Below, one piece after another: positions 63,284-64,000 of a stretch of 64,000 bases of DNA. The first letter of the stretch is position 1. Every line of letters begins with the position of its first letter. The stretch is from positions 1 to 64,000 of IMG/VR virus record IMGVR_UViG_3300031552_000001; one strand, 5' to 3'. Origin of the DNA: a virus. The position numbers and the translations under genes were made by a program. The notes below the pieces were generated by a model. It did no database searches. It was given only the letters and a program-made list of their open reading frames with translations, and had not been told where the DNA came from.

Positions 63284-64000
63284 CTACACTCCTCGAGCAA
63301 CATACTGCCCTCCCCGCCACATTTTATCCCCGGCGTCCAACGCACGGTCTACTACACCACGAGTTTTAGGGTCTCTAAGCAAAGCCCCCAGCCCGCTCAC
63401 TGCTGCCATTGAAGTAAGCCAAGGATGCTCTGCTACCAGTGAACCTAATAAACCGACATCTTCCCCTCGCGCCATCGACCGACGCTTGTGAGCCGAATAC
63501 AGTAAAGCTAAGGGCACGGACCCTAACACCAACGTTAGAGTTCTTCTGTCTAACCCTAAAGGAGACGCAGTCTTGCTAAACATATCTTCAGTGCTTAAAC
63601 CTAGAGTTCTGGCATGAAGCTCCGGATGGCTTACTATTGCTTTTGGTAATTCGCTTGCCAATTTCATGATCTCTTTTCTGTACCAAGTGTATGCGGATGC
63701 AATCTTGGAGAGAAGAGGAGAATCTACTTCGGAGGACGAATGGTGAGAAGCGGGCTTTGATGTAATAATCTTCCCTATTCGACGCCGCACAACCGGCCCC
63801 GTATATGACTTGTCTTCCAAAAAGGGCAGAAGCCTCTCGAGCAGGGTCTCATCAAATTGGGAAGAATCTAAAGGAGCACAAGGAGCTTCACTGCTGTCAT
63901 TTTGCGCAGCTACTGCTCCAGCATTATCTAACTTGTCTGCAAGGTCGCCCTTTCCTATATGCACCAAAATGATGCGCTGAAACTCCTCGGGCTTTAAAGC
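63284..64000 (-). CDS. 3' part of a head-block protein (frame open past the window end)
   Basis: Frame reads ALKPEEFQRIILVHIGKG... from base 64000. Confidence 0.6.
   Translation of the reverse strand, partial: ALKPEEFQRIILVHIGKGDLADKLDNAGAVAAQNDSSEAPCAPLDSSQFDETLLERLLPFLEDKSYTGPVVRRRIGKIITSKPASHHSSSEVDSPLLSKIASAYTWYRKEIMKLASELPKAIVSHPELHARTLGLSTEDMFSKTASPLGLDRRTLTLVLGSVPLALLYSAHKRRSMARGEDVGLLGSLVAEHPWLTSMAAVSGLGALLRDPKTRGVVDRALDAGDKMWRGGQYVARGV

Noticed and set aside
124-64000. Genome-wide TAG or TGA stop-codon reassignment
   Set aside because: Long, recognisable genes are intact in the standard code and many end at TAG or TGA next to the following gene.

Overview
This window looks like a 64-kb segment of a large (jumbo-type) myovirus genome read in the standard genetic code. 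There are no rRNA or host housekeeping operons. Genes 124-16829 and 20243-42040 are mostly on + (accessory, regulatory and nucleotide genes: XRE, GNAT, ASCH, YkgJ, ParB, 5'-nucleotidase, DUF932, DinG, Tmk). Genes 16854-20136 and 42087-64000 are on - (membrane/secreted cassette, then tail tube, 1.2-kaa tail sheath, neck, head proteins, major capsid protein and two HNH endonucleases). Cys-rich/Lcl and MshEN motifs hint at a Myxococcota/deltaproteobacterial host (inference). Three unexplained systems stand out. (1) A ~1-kb non-coding array (2627-3612) holds about 18 degenerate 7-bp-stem/7-nt-loop hairpins with G.U-tolerant and G.A/A.G covariation. Solitary copies sit in the leader of an operon encoding a nuclease-dead, C-terminally split Cas12m/TnpB-like protein (10322-12092) that has no ordinary CRISPR array in the window, which makes this a candidate RNA-guided DNA-binding system. 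(2) Four tandem tRNA-like RNAs (29621-30221), each with a conserved ~65-nt insert, lie directly upstream of a TROVE/Ro60-like vWA gene. (3) The same cluster carries a J-domain pseudokinase, a vWA protein, a PurA-like enzyme and a phage-encoded E1/JAB/ubiquitin-like set. All family assignments come from recognising motifs by eye; no searches were run.
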